From: Spirochaetia bacterium
GTDB lineage: Bacteria; Spirochaetota; Spirochaetia; UBA9216
Length of the DNA stretch: 64,000 nucleotides
NCBI GenBank assembly: GCA_965140585.1
Contig: OZ223270.1
Location: forward strand, 384,001-448,000
Direction of reading: 5' to 3'
The notes below the pieces were generated by a model. That model saw nothing but the letters and a program-made list of their open reading frames with translations, made no database searches and was not told the origin of the DNA. Shown piece after piece: positions 1 to 9,529 of the stretch (within the stretch, counting starts at the first letter, position 1; each line of letters opens with the position of its first letter). The translations under genes were made by a program, and so were the position numbers.

Positions 1-52
1 GAATTTGAAAAGTTCAGGTTTCAGATATACTCAAAATAAAACAGATACAGCC

Positions 53-646
53 TTATATTATCTCAATTTCAGCGGTCCCGTTTGTTAAATCAATACAACG
101 GGATTCAAGCTCTGAAGCTTTATCCATCGGAACATTCCCGATTATCCTGATATCAGTTCCGAAAATCTCTTCTAGGTCGACAGTTTCAAGCTCTTCAAAC
201 AGACTCTTTATCAGATTGAAAAACTGATAATCAGCCTTCAATTCAAATCTGCGGTAATGAATAAGCTCGGACGTCTTCAGCTTATCCAGGACCCCGGCAG
301 CAGCCTCTGAATAAGCTCTTACAAGTCCTCCTGTCCCGAGCTTTGTTCCGCCGAAGTACCGGACAACTGTAATAATAAGGTTTGTAATACCCCGGCCTTT
401 TAGAATTTCAATGACAGGCTTTCCCGAGGTTCCGGAAGGTTCCCCGTCATCGCTCATCCCCATAAACTGTCTCTGATCTCCGCAGATAAATGCATGTACA
501 ACATGAGCCGCGTCGGGGTGTTCCGCCTTCTTTGCCTTCAGCACAGCTCTTGCCGCCTCCGGATCCGCTACAGGTGTGATCTCGGAAATGAATCGGGATT
601 TTTTAATAATTATCTCATGAATACCTGAGCCGGCTGGTACGAGCAT
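53..646 (-). CDS. yigZ: YigZ/IMPACT family protein
   Basis: IKKSRFI, HPDAAH, SDDGEPSGTSG and VVRYFGGTKLGTGGLVRAY motifs; start moved to the ATG at 646 (MLVPAG). Confidence 0.9.
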   Translation of the reverse strand: MLVPAGSGIHEIIIKKSRFISEITPVADPEAARAVLKAKKAEHPDAAHVVHAFICGDQRQFMGMSDDGEPSGTSGKPVIEILKGRGITNLIITVVRYFGGTKLGTGGLVRAYSEAAAGVLDKLKTSELIHYRRFELKADYQFFNLIKSLFEELETVDLEEIFGTDIRIIGNVPMDKASELESRCIDLTNGTAEIEII

Positions 647-731
647 AGGCAATACTAACCTGATTACACTTAAACTGAAAAGACCGGGCACCTTGCCTCA
701 CTATTATTTTTCAGATATTGTAAAACCGCAG

Positions 732-2423
732 ATGAAAAAAAACAGAATTATCATCTTCATTTCACTTCTATTCAGTATTGCAGCAATAGCCGCACTGCCT
801 TTTCACCCGGAGGGACTGATATACCGGATAATTGCCGAATCGTTTGATTACGCGGCAGTTTTTTTCATGCTCTTTTATCTTACAGCTGAACTGACTGGTG
901 CGATTTATAAAAAGCAGTATCTTATAAGAAATCTCTTCACGGTTATTTTCATAATTATTTATACAATCGTTTTTATCACGTTGAAACTGCTGCCGGAACT
1001 GCCTGAGGAGCTTAAAACAGCGGTCTTTACATTACGGGGTCTTTTTCTTATTTTTAAGGCAGTTGAAGAGATTCGCTCAGTAAGAACCCTGATTCTGAAT
1101 ATTTCCGAGCATCCGGCCGGCTCAATACTGCTGAGTTTTCAGCTTGTAATAATAACAGGCACATTACTGCTTATGCTCCCCTTCGCCTCGGCAGACGGAA
1201 GAGGTCTCAATTTTATCGATTCCTGGTTTACTGCTACCTCCGCTGTATGCGTTACAGGACTTATCGTCGTCGATACCGCGGTCTATTTCAGCTTCTGGGG
1301 AAAACTGATCATCCTTGTACTCATACAGATCGGCGGGCTTGGAATCATGATAATGTCATATTTTTCTGCATTTATTCTTCGCAGAAAGATGAGTTTTACA
1401 GAAAAAAGAAGATTGTCCTTTGCAATAAGTGACAATGATTATTCGGGAATAATCAGACAGCTTAAATCGATCATCTACCTCACCTTCACAATTGAGGCGG
1501 TCGGTGCACTGGTACTGTTTGCAGGGCTCGGCAGAAGACTCGGATACACTGCAGGGACACTTTTCAACGCAGTTTTTCATTCCATCAGCGCCTTCTGCAA
1601 TGCCGGTTTTTCTCTTTTTTCCAACAGCCTGGAAGACTTTTATGCAAGTCCGCTGGTAATACTCACCGTCAGTCTTCTGATTATTATCGGCGGGCTCAGT
1701 TTTGCTGTAATCATAAATATTGGAACAAGTATCACAGGCAGAAAAAAAGGATTACGCCTGAGTATTAACAGCAGGATTGTTCTAATCTGGTCTGTGGTGC
1801 TGATCATAACCGGAATGTACCTTTTTTACGGGACAGAACACCGGAACACACTGCTTCATCTGAAACCCGGAGAACAGCTTCTTGCGGCCTTCTTCCAGTC
1901 GGTAACCCTCAGAACCGCCGGATTCAACTCAGTCCCCTTTTCGGGACTGACAACAGGGACCCTGCTTATCATGTGTTTTTTCATGTTCACAGGCGGGGCC
2001 TCCGGCAGCACAGCAGGCGGCATAAAGGTAAATACCATGGCTGTACTAACCTCATACATCAAAAGCCTTTTTACAGGATCTCCGAGAACAACCATCTACC
2101 GGTATCAACTGTCTAAAACAAATGTACTCAGGGCTTTTTCAATTTTTCAATACGGACTTACAGCAGTATTTCTGGGTGTGGTCGGTCTTGTACTTACTCA
2201 GGACCTTCCGCTTGATAAAATTATTTTTGAAACAGTGTCCGCCTTCGGAACAGTAGGGCTTTCTGCAGGTATAACATCCGCATTAAACACCCCTGGAAAG
2301 CTTATAATAATACTTCTGATGTTCAACGGGCGAATCGGTCCGCTGACTATTATTGCCTCATTCTCAAATAGGCAGAAAACCGGCACAATTCAGTATCCGC
2401 AGGCGGATATTTCTATAGGATAA
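732..2423 (+). CDS. Trk/Ktr potassium uptake membrane subunit (KtrB/TrkH) with an extra N-terminal TM domain
   Basis: TSAVCVTGL, SAFCNAGF, RTAGF and SAFGTVGLS pore motifs; start moved to ATG 732 because the TTG at 693 looks like a -35 box. Confidence 0.9.
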   Translation: MKKNRIIIFISLLFSIAAIAALPFHPEGLIYRIIAESFDYAAVFFMLFYLTAELTGAIYKKQYLIRNLFTVIFIIIYTIVFITLKLLPELPEELKTAVFTLRGLFLIFKAVEEIRSVRTLILNISEHPAGSILLSFQLVIITGTLLLMLPFASADGRGLNFIDSWFTATSAVCVTGLIVVDTAVYFSFWGKLIILVLIQIGGLGIMIMSYFSAFILRRKMSFTEKRRLSFAISDNDYSGIIRQLKSIIYLTFTIEAVGALVLFAGLGRRLGYTAGTLFNAVFHSISAFCNAGFSLFSNSLEDFYASPLVILTVSLLIIIGGLSFAVIINIGTSITGRKKGLRLSINSRIVLIWSVVLIITGMYLFYGTEHRNTLLHLKPGEQLLAAFFQSVTLRTAGFNSVPFSGLTTGTLLIMCFFMFTGGASGSTAGGIKVNTMAVLTSYIKSLFTGSPRTTIYRYQLSKTNVLRAFSIFQYGLTAVFLGVVGLVLTQDLPLDKIIFETVSAFGTVGLSAGITSALNTPGKLIIILLMFNGRIGPLTIIASFSNRQKTGTIQYPQADISIG

Positions 2424-2433
2424 GGATTTAGCT

Positions 2434-3123
2434 ATGAATGAAAATGTCTTTCTTGTAATAGGACTCGGAACTTTCGGTTGGGAAACCTGCGAGGAGCTGG
2501 CCGCCCGCGGCGCGAAGGTAATAGCTGTAGACAACAAACCGGGCCGGATTGAGAAAATAAAAGAGATCGTTACTCAGGCTATCCTGCTCGATTCAACTGA
2601 TGAGGAAACTCTGTCCACTCTACCATTTGAAGATGTCGATCTTGCAGTCATTGCAATTGGAGACAACATTGAGGCAAACATCCTTACAACAGCGCTTTTG
2701 AAGAAGTCCGGAGTGCCATACATCATAGCCAGGGCGGCAACAGAACTCCATGAGCAGGTTCTTAAACAGGTAGGTGCAAATGAAATCATCAATGTTGAAA
2801 AGGAAGCAGGTATTCAGCTTGCCGAGAAAATTATTGCGCCCGACATCCTCGATAAAGTTCCGGTAACAGCCGATATAAGCGTAGCCGAAGTTTATGTTCC
2901 GGAAGCCTTCATCGGGAAAACCCTTCAGAATGTGGATCTCCCCGGAAAACTCGAACTGACAATAACAGCCATTAAACGGACCGCTTTTACTGTGGATGAA
3001 GAGGGTAACCCGATAATGAATGAATCGGTTGTTTTTCCAGATGGCACAACTGAATTCAAGACCGGTGATATCCTGCTTGTAGTAGGGAAGAACGACAAGA
3101 TAGATTCTTTAAAGGGCATTTAA
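2434..3123 (+). CDS. Trk/Ktr NAD-binding regulatory subunit (KtrA/TrkA, RCK domains)
   Basis: VIGLGTFG Rossmann motif, C-terminal TrkA_C (GDILLVVG), adjacent to KtrB, AAGGA SD. Confidence 0.9.
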   Translation: MNENVFLVIGLGTFGWETCEELAARGAKVIAVDNKPGRIEKIKEIVTQAILLDSTDEETLSTLPFEDVDLAVIAIGDNIEANILTTALLKKSGVPYIIARAATELHEQVLKQVGANEIINVEKEAGIQLAEKIIAPDILDKVPVTADISVAEVYVPEAFIGKTLQNVDLPGKLELTITAIKRTAFTVDEEGNPIMNESVVFPDGTTEFKTGDILLVVGKNDKIDSLKGI

Positions 3124-3921
3124 ATGATCCAGATAAGAAAAAGCGTACTGATAATCCTTCTTGCAACAGCTGCCGCATCAATCGGCGGGATCGCCTTGTA
3201 TGCCTGGTCGCTGCTGAACAGTTCCGCCGGGTTTTCAGCGGATGATATTAAATACTATTCCGAGCAGATCGTTTTTGCTGCGGTGGTTCTTGTCTCTGTG
3301 CTTATCCTGTTTGTCATTTTAATTTTTCTAAGAAACCGGAATTTCAACAGAGATCTGGCTCGTCTTATTAAACTTGATACAATCAACCCGGCATCAACTG
3401 AGAACAACCTCAGACGGCTGGGCAGTCTCGGAAAAAAACTGAGCCTCCTTTACAGGCAGATAAACGACATCAGTGATAAAAGAGGGCTGAAAATCGGGGC
3501 GCTGACCTCCCTTACAGAATTTCTCTGCATGAACACACAGCTTCAAATCATTCTTACCGACATCACTGGAAGAATTCTTCAGGTCAGCCGCGGATATCTT
3601 GATGAAAAGCAGGCTGTCCGTTCTGAACTTGTACTGAAAAATATCAGAACCGTTATGCCGGAAGTCAATTTCCCGGGAATTGTTTCAGAGCTTGAAAAGA
3701 GACACCTTCCGGTTGAAGCCGAATCAGGAGATGAAAAAATCAGGTGGGTGCCCATTCACAACCGCAATAATGAAATCAGTTATATTGCTGCGATTCCGTC
3801 AAAGGTTGAACTGAAACTTCCTCAGTTCAACCCCCAGGCAAAAAAGCCTGCGAACAGACGGCATAATTCGGTTTCCGATTTTATTCACAGGGTAAGAGGG
3901 GTCTCTAAAAAGGTTTTCTGA
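3124..3921 (+). CDS. Hypothetical membrane protein (2 TM, possible HAMP/PAS-like cytoplasmic part, no output domain)
   Basis: Two hydrophobic helices; IILTDITGRILQVS resembles a PAS start; abuts the ktrA stop. Confidence 0.6.
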   Translation: MIQIRKSVLIILLATAAASIGGIALYAWSLLNSSAGFSADDIKYYSEQIVFAAVVLVSVLILFVILIFLRNRNFNRDLARLIKLDTINPASTENNLRRLGSLGKKLSLLYRQINDISDKRGLKIGALTSLTEFLCMNTQLQIILTDITGRILQVSRGYLDEKQAVRSELVLKNIRTVMPEVNFPGIVSELEKRHLPVEAESGDEKIRWVPIHNRNNEISYIAAIPSKVELKLPQFNPQAKKPANRRHNSVSDFIHRVRGVSKKVF

Positions 3922-3939
3922 TTAGTTTATCACTGACTG

Positions 3940-5715
3940 CTATTCCCCGAACTGAAGCGAGTACAGACTGCTGTAAAGGCCCTCCGATGCCAGCAGCTCA
4001 TCGTGACTGCCGCTCTCTGCAATCCGCCCTCCGGAAAGAACGATTATACGATCGGAATCGGTTATTGTTGAAAGCCGGTGTGCAATGACTATTGATGTGC
4101 GGTTTTCGAGGATGTTCTTCAGACCCTTCTGAATATATTTTTCGGTTTCTGTATCGATGCTTGCAGTTGCCTCGTCCAGGATCAGGATCGGAGGATCATG
4201 GGCAAGTATACGGGTAAAGGCAATCAGCTGCCGCTGGCCGGCGGACAGATTAGAACCACCTTCCGTCAGCTCAAAATCAAAACCGTAGCCAAGCTTTTCA
4301 AGCACGGGTTTCAGGCAGGCAGTTTCTGCGGCTTTTTCAAGCAACTCATCAGAAATATCCTTTCCAAGAGTAATATTATCCCTTATTGAGCCTGAGAATA
4401 TAAAAACATCCTGGGCAACAGCCTGTACAGTCTGCCTCAGTTTTTTTAGCGGAAACTTCCTTATATCTTCACCGTCAATCTTTATGCAGCCCGAATCGAC
4501 ATCCCAGAATCTGGCTGCAAGGTTTGCTATCGTTGACTTCCCGGCTCCGGTATATCCGACAATAGCGATAGTCTCTCCATGTCCGGCAGAAAAACTCACC
4601 TGCTTAAGTACAGGTTCACCTTCTTTATAAGCAAAGCTGACATCATTGAAAGTCAGTCTTGATTCTTCTGCTGAAACCGGCTCCGGACAGCCTTCCGGAG
4701 CTTTTCCGGAGTAATCGGGAATATGGTCCTCTGTTTCAAGCAGTTCGAATATTCGCTCGGCGCCGGCCATAGCAGACTGCATTACCGTAAACTGTTCAGA
4801 CAGCTGCTGAAGCGGCCGGTAAAACTTGTGTACCAGATCAAGATATGCTATTAAGACACCTAAAGTGAGTATTCCCTTCGCATGCATTCCTGCACCGAAG
4901 TAGATAATTACTGCAAGAGAAACTGTCCCAAGCATGCTGATGAGGGGCCGAAATACAGCAAAGACATACATTTCACCCATATTGGCAGCCAGCAGTCTGT
5001 CATTGTTCTTTCTGAAGTTCTCATCAGTGAAATCTTCGTGGGCAAAGGACTGCACAACCCTAATGCCGGAGATTCTTTCGGACAGAAAAGCATTAAGCAT
5101 GGACACGCGTTTTCTGACCCTGCGGTAGGCATCACGCGCCTTTACCCTGAAAAAAACAGTAATCAGAATTACAGGAGGCAGTGTCAGAACCGTAAGCGCG
5201 CCCAGCCTTACATTCAGAAAAAACAGCACGCCTATTACTCCGGCCATTACGACAAAATTTTTGATAAGAGTCATAACCACCGAGGAGAAAAACTCGCTTA
5301 TAGTCTCAACATCGTTCGTTGCCCTTGTAACAAGAGTTCCAACCGGACTCTTTCCAAAAAAGGAAAGGGATTGGCCGGCGGTATGTGTAAGAAGCTCCAT
5401 TCTGAGTGTTTTCATAATTCCCTGGGCTGCTGCCGACATCAGATAGACTTGAGCAAATGAGGCTAGAAGACCTAGCCCAAGCAGCCCCATAAGAATAAGG
5501 CTGTTTCCGGCAAGGCCTTCAAGCGACGGATTTTCACTTAAAATATTGGAATCCACACTTCTCTGAATAATCACAGGAGCAAGCAGTTCGGAAACAGTCA
5601 CAGCAACAAGAGCTGCCAGAGATACAGCGGTATGCACAGAGTATGGCTTAAGATAAGCCAGGAGCTTGCGCATTAAATGAGGGTTATATTTTACAATTAT
5701 TTTCTCATCTTCCAT
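3940..5715 (-). CDS. ABC exporter ATP-binding/permease subunit (MdlB/YheH-like)
   Basis: TM domain plus GYTGAGKST, LSAGQRQ, ILDEAT; start moved to ATG 5715 overlapping the upstream partner. Confidence 0.92.
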   Translation of the reverse strand: MEDEKIIVKYNPHLMRKLLAYLKPYSVHTAVSLAALVAVTVSELLAPVIIQRSVDSNILSENPSLEGLAGNSLILMGLLGLGLLASFAQVYLMSAAAQGIMKTLRMELLTHTAGQSLSFFGKSPVGTLVTRATNDVETISEFFSSVVMTLIKNFVVMAGVIGVLFFLNVRLGALTVLTLPPVILITVFFRVKARDAYRRVRKRVSMLNAFLSERISGIRVVQSFAHEDFTDENFRKNNDRLLAANMGEMYVFAVFRPLISMLGTVSLAVIIYFGAGMHAKGILTLGVLIAYLDLVHKFYRPLQQLSEQFTVMQSAMAGAERIFELLETEDHIPDYSGKAPEGCPEPVSAEESRLTFNDVSFAYKEGEPVLKQVSFSAGHGETIAIVGYTGAGKSTIANLAARFWDVDSGCIKIDGEDIRKFPLKKLRQTVQAVAQDVFIFSGSIRDNITLGKDISDELLEKAAETACLKPVLEKLGYGFDFELTEGGSNLSAGQRQLIAFTRILAHDPPILILDEATASIDTETEKYIQKGLKNILENRTSIVIAHRLSTITDSDRIIVLSGGRIAESGSHDELLASEGLYSSLYSLQFGE

Positions 5716-7468
5716 TTTCAGCCTGCTGCAGATTATAAATTGTCCTGTACAGCCCCTTCTCTGACAGAAGCTGCTCATGCGTACCCTGCTGCGTAATGCA
5801 GCCGTCTTCAAGCACGATTATGTTATCGGTATGTGAAAGAGTACCGATCCTGTTTGAAATAATAATAGAAGTCCTCCCGGATCTCTTTTCAAGAAAACTC
5901 CGTATTATCGAAGCCTCGGTCTCCGAATCAACCGCAGAGAGGCAGTCGTCAAATATCAGAATTTCCGGATTGGTCAGATATGCCCTTGATATAGCAACCC
6001 GCTGTTTCTGACCGCCGCTTAAAGTATGCCCCCGTTCGCCGACCATGGTATCCCAGCCGAAAGGAAACTCTTTAAGATCCCTGCTGATGGTTGAAAAATC
6101 AGCGGCTTCCCTTATAAGCTCATCTCCGGCATCAGGAACTGCAAACCTTATATTCTCCTTGATTGTTTCGGAAAACAGAAAAGTATCCTGCATAACAACA
6201 CCGACGTTCTTACGAAGTTCTGAAAGCTCATATTCCCTTATATCGCGACCGCCTATAAAAACAGTTCCGGCGGGGGCTTCATAAAGTCTGGGCAGCAGAC
6301 TTATCAGGCTTGTTTTCCCCGATCCTGTACGGCCGAGAATTCCCAGTGAATGGCCCTGCTTAAGCCGGAAACTGATATCGGTTAAAACCGGAACGCTAAC
6401 AATCTCTTCCATTTTTTCATTATAGAAATCACGTGAATATGATAGACCGCGGACTTCAACATCTCCCGCCGGTTTCAAATCAAATCCATCCCCGGATATG
6501 ATATCCGGTTTCTCATCCAGAAATTCCCCGATTCTGGCAAGAGAAGCGCCGCCGCGTTCAAGCCAGTTTATTGTAAATCCCGCGCCCATCATCGGCCAGA
6601 CAAGAAGACCCAGATAGCTCAGCACGGCGGCAAAGTCTCCCGGAGAAATAATACCGTCTATTACCTGCCGCCCACCGAACCAGAGAAGCAGAAGGGATGT
6701 AACACCGGAAAGAAAATTGATCAGCGGAAAGAAAAATCCCCAGACCCTGATAAGTGACATTGCGCGCTGCAGGTAGATATCGTTCGCAGTTTTAAACTTT
6801 TCCGCCGCAAAGTCTTCACAGGCGAAGGTCTTGTATACCCTGATTCCCGCGAAAGTTTCCTGGGTATGTGCACTGAGGTTTGAAAAGCCTTCCTGAACAA
6901 GCTTCGATCTTCTGCCAAGAAGCCTTCCTGCGCCAACAACAAGGATAAACAGCAGCGGCAGGGGAATAGCAATCCAGCCGGCGAGGCCCGGATAATCCCG
7001 GAAAAGTATAACCAGAATGAAGGTAGCCATGAACAGCCCGTCAACAATAGAGACAACCGCCATTCCGCAGGCCATTCTTATTGCGTTCATATCGTTTGTG
7101 AACCTGGACATTATATCGCCGGTTCTTCTTTTTTCATAAAATCCGGGAGAAAGCCCCAAGAGATGACGGAAAAGTTTCTGCCTTAAATCACTTTCAATCC
7201 GTCTCGCAGTTCCGCCAATAAAATAGCGCCATCCAAACCGGCCGGCGGCAATAAAGACAGCAATAACAACCATAATTACTGTGATGTTTAAAATGATTCC
7301 GGTACTGCCCTCGCCCGAAGAAATTAAATTCACAGCCTTCTTTGTAAGCTGGGGAATATAAATCTGGCCGGCATCTGTTACAACCAGACAGATCAATCCG
7401 GGAATGTAGAAAAGCAGATTTTTTCTGAGAAATGGAAGAAGTCGTTTGTATTCACCAAGATAAGACAC
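5705..7468 (-). CDS. ABC exporter ATP-binding/permease subunit (MdlA/YheI-like, degenerate-site half)
   Basis: GRTGSGKT, LSGGQKQR, degenerate Walker B IFDD and SNR switch typical of heterodimeric exporters. Confidence 0.92.
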   Translation of the reverse strand: MSYLGEYKRLLPFLRKNLLFYIPGLICLVVTDAGQIYIPQLTKKAVNLISSGEGSTGIILNITVIMVVIAVFIAAGRFGWRYFIGGTARRIESDLRQKLFRHLLGLSPGFYEKRRTGDIMSRFTNDMNAIRMACGMAVVSIVDGLFMATFILVILFRDYPGLAGWIAIPLPLLFILVVGAGRLLGRRSKLVQEGFSNLSAHTQETFAGIRVYKTFACEDFAAEKFKTANDIYLQRAMSLIRVWGFFFPLINFLSGVTSLLLLWFGGRQVIDGIISPGDFAAVLSYLGLLVWPMMGAGFTINWLERGGASLARIGEFLDEKPDIISGDGFDLKPAGDVEVRGLSYSRDFYNEKMEEIVSVPVLTDISFRLKQGHSLGILGRTGSGKTSLISLLPRLYEAPAGTVFIGGRDIREYELSELRKNVGVVMQDTFLFSETIKENIRFAVPDAGDELIREAADFSTISRDLKEFPFGWDTMVGERGHTLSGGQKQRVAISRAYLTNPEILIFDDCLSAVDSETEASIIRSFLEKRSGRTSIIISNRIGTLSHTDNIIVLEDGCITQQGTHEQLLSEKGLYRTIYNLQQAENGR

Positions 7469-7554
7469 ATGCTACTTTACACATTATATCGGGCAGAATC
7501 AACAAACAGAAAAAAAACCTTGATTTATTGTTTTTCTGCTAATATAAATATTGA

Positions 7555-8715
7555 ATGATTATAGAAAAAGCGTTTATTCACTATTTGAAAATTCCTTTCA
7601 AAATGACATTCAGCCACTCCAAAGCGGACAGAGCACATTCGGATTCAATAATTCTGGAAATACAGGCTAAATCCTCTGATGGTAAAGAAATATTCGGTTA
7701 TGGCGAAGCTGTAATACGCGAATATGTGTCCGGAACTATTGACAACTCAGACAGCTCAGAAGATCCGGTAACCTCGGTATTCAACGAATTCCTTAACGGT
7801 TTCAGAAACAGGGAGCTTTCTTCCGACAAGGTTCTGAATGAACTTAAAGCTTTCAATCCCGAAACGGAAAAACTGCCCGTTCTCTGCGCGGTTGAAACCG
7901 CAATGCTGGACCTCCTCTGCAGTGAAACCGGTTCTGATATTTATGATCTGCTTGAAGTCGAGCCGCAGAGAGAGAAAATCGTATACGGCGGGACTCTGCC
8001 AGTCCTTCCTGTTCCGGCTGCCCGCAGGCTTATGGGCGCGTACAGGCAGCTGCAGATTCCGAATCTGCGCATCAAGGTCCTTGATGATACCGGATACAAC
8101 TCCGAAATACTTGCCCTTGGCCGTGAAATATTCGGTGATGACTATCCGCTGAAGATAGACGCCAATGCGGCATGGACAGCGGAAACTGCAGCAGATAATT
8201 TTCCTATACTGAAAAAATTCGGAATCAACATCATTGAAGAACCATTCGGCAGAAATGAGACTGAGATGGAAAAGATTAAAAGTCATGAAGCATTTAATGA
8301 TTTCATATTCATGGCTGACGAATCGGCACTTAACATAGATGACCTGAAAACAGCAGTCGAAAATAAAACATATAAAATGATAAATATCCGGCTTGCAAAG
8401 AACGGCGGCCTTTTAAAGGCTCTTGACTTAGCCGCTTTTTCTGACAAAAATAGTATGGAATATATGTCCGGCTGTCATGTCGGTGAAACAGGGATATTAA
8501 GCGCAACAGGAAGAGCAGCAGCGTCCATAATGAAAAATCCGGTCTTTACCGACGGGTCTTTCGATGCCCATTTACTTGAAGGAAATATAACCGAAGATGA
8601 TTTAAGCTTCGGACCCGGCGGTATAGCCGGTATAATCAGGAATAAAAACCTGGGTTTTAAACTCAGCAGAAAAAATCTGGAAGGGTACACTATTGAAAAA
8701 AGAACTTGTTTTTGA
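7555..8715 (+). CDS. Enolase superfamily, muconate-lactonizing (MLE) subgroup enzyme, function unknown
   Basis: GYGEA capping motif, RIK, IDANAAW, IEEP, ADES, NIRLAKNGG, GCHVGET. Confidence 0.85.
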   Translation: MIIEKAFIHYLKIPFKMTFSHSKADRAHSDSIILEIQAKSSDGKEIFGYGEAVIREYVSGTIDNSDSSEDPVTSVFNEFLNGFRNRELSSDKVLNELKAFNPETEKLPVLCAVETAMLDLLCSETGSDIYDLLEVEPQREKIVYGGTLPVLPVPAARRLMGAYRQLQIPNLRIKVLDDTGYNSEILALGREIFGDDYPLKIDANAAWTAETAADNFPILKKFGINIIEEPFGRNETEMEKIKSHEAFNDFIFMADESALNIDDLKTAVENKTYKMINIRLAKNGGLLKALDLAAFSDKNSMEYMSGCHVGETGILSATGRAAASIMKNPVFTDGSFDAHLLEGNITEDDLSFGPGGIAGIIRNKNLGFKLSRKNLEGYTIEKRTCF

Positions 8716-9508
8716 ATTCTGGCTTGAAAGTAACAGAAAATGGCTGGAAAAATGCGACGGAAAAACACTTGGAATGACTTTCTCTGCAGGCAAGGATTCA
8801 TCTGTCTGCCAGTATTTTCTTAATGAGGTAAAAGAACAATTTAATTATAAACTGAAATCCTATCTCTGCGCATATCCGAGGCATAGATACTCGGATGAAG
8901 TTAATAAGAAACTTCAGGATTACTGGGCCGCAAAGGGTGTTGATATTTATGTACAGATCCCCGAAGAGGGTGATGATCTCATGGAAAACACAAAAAACCC
9001 ATGCAGACCATGCCAGAATATCCGTAAAAGCGCCCTTCCCGAAATTTTCAGCCTGATGAAAACTCCGGTATCAGATATTGTAATTGTTTCCGGTCACAGC
9101 CTGTGGGATATAGCAGCCTACGCCTTAAATGCCAACATTGCAAAGGAACTGGCGATACCAAACGAAGACGATGAAACCCTTACAGACAAGCGGCTTCTGG
9201 AAGTTTCACAGAGGTTCTATCCCTTCTTCACAATGCCGGAAGGATACTCGGTTTACCGGCCCCTGCTGTACCTGAATCAGGAGGATATCCATCAATTTTG
9301 CAGTGAATTTTCAATTCCAGTTATTGAAGAAGAATGCCGATATTCGTCTTGGAGGCCTAAGAACAAATTATCCGAATATTTCAGTATGTTCGGTTACAAT
9401 TTTGAATATGAGCAGGTTTTTAATTACGCGCAGAAATATCTTAACATTATTCCTCTTGGCCATATTCAGACTATCAAAAGCAAAGAATATCTGTCTGAAC
9501 ATTTTTAA
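8693..9508 (+). CDS. PP-loop ATP pyrophosphatase, TtcA/Ctu1-like but atypical
   Basis: FSAGKDS PP-loop, CRPC, SGHSLWD, YRPL; overlaps the upstream gene. Confidence 0.75.
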   Translation: MKKELVFEFWLESNRKWLEKCDGKTLGMTFSAGKDSSVCQYFLNEVKEQFNYKLKSYLCAYPRHRYSDEVNKKLQDYWAAKGVDIYVQIPEEGDDLMENTKNPCRPCQNIRKSALPEIFSLMKTPVSDIVIVSGHSLWDIAAYALNANIAKELAIPNEDDETLTDKRLLEVSQRFYPFFTMPEGYSVYRPLLYLNQEDIHQFCSEFSIPVIEEECRYSSWRPKNKLSEYFSMFGYNFEYEQVFNYAQKYLNIIPLGHIQTIKSKEYLSEHF

Positions 9509-9529
9509 TTCAGGAAAAGGTCCCGACAG

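Noticed and set aside
4882-5460. 192-aa ORF antisense to the ABC exporter, and similar shadows at 7756-8286, 26081-26581, 35753-36247 and 43753-44277
   Set aside because: Antisense to well-supported genes, with no SD or domain signal.
5716-5811. N-terminal extension of the second ABC subunit in the ORF track
   Set aside because: Overlaps the upstream ABC gene; ATG 5715 gives a normal length.
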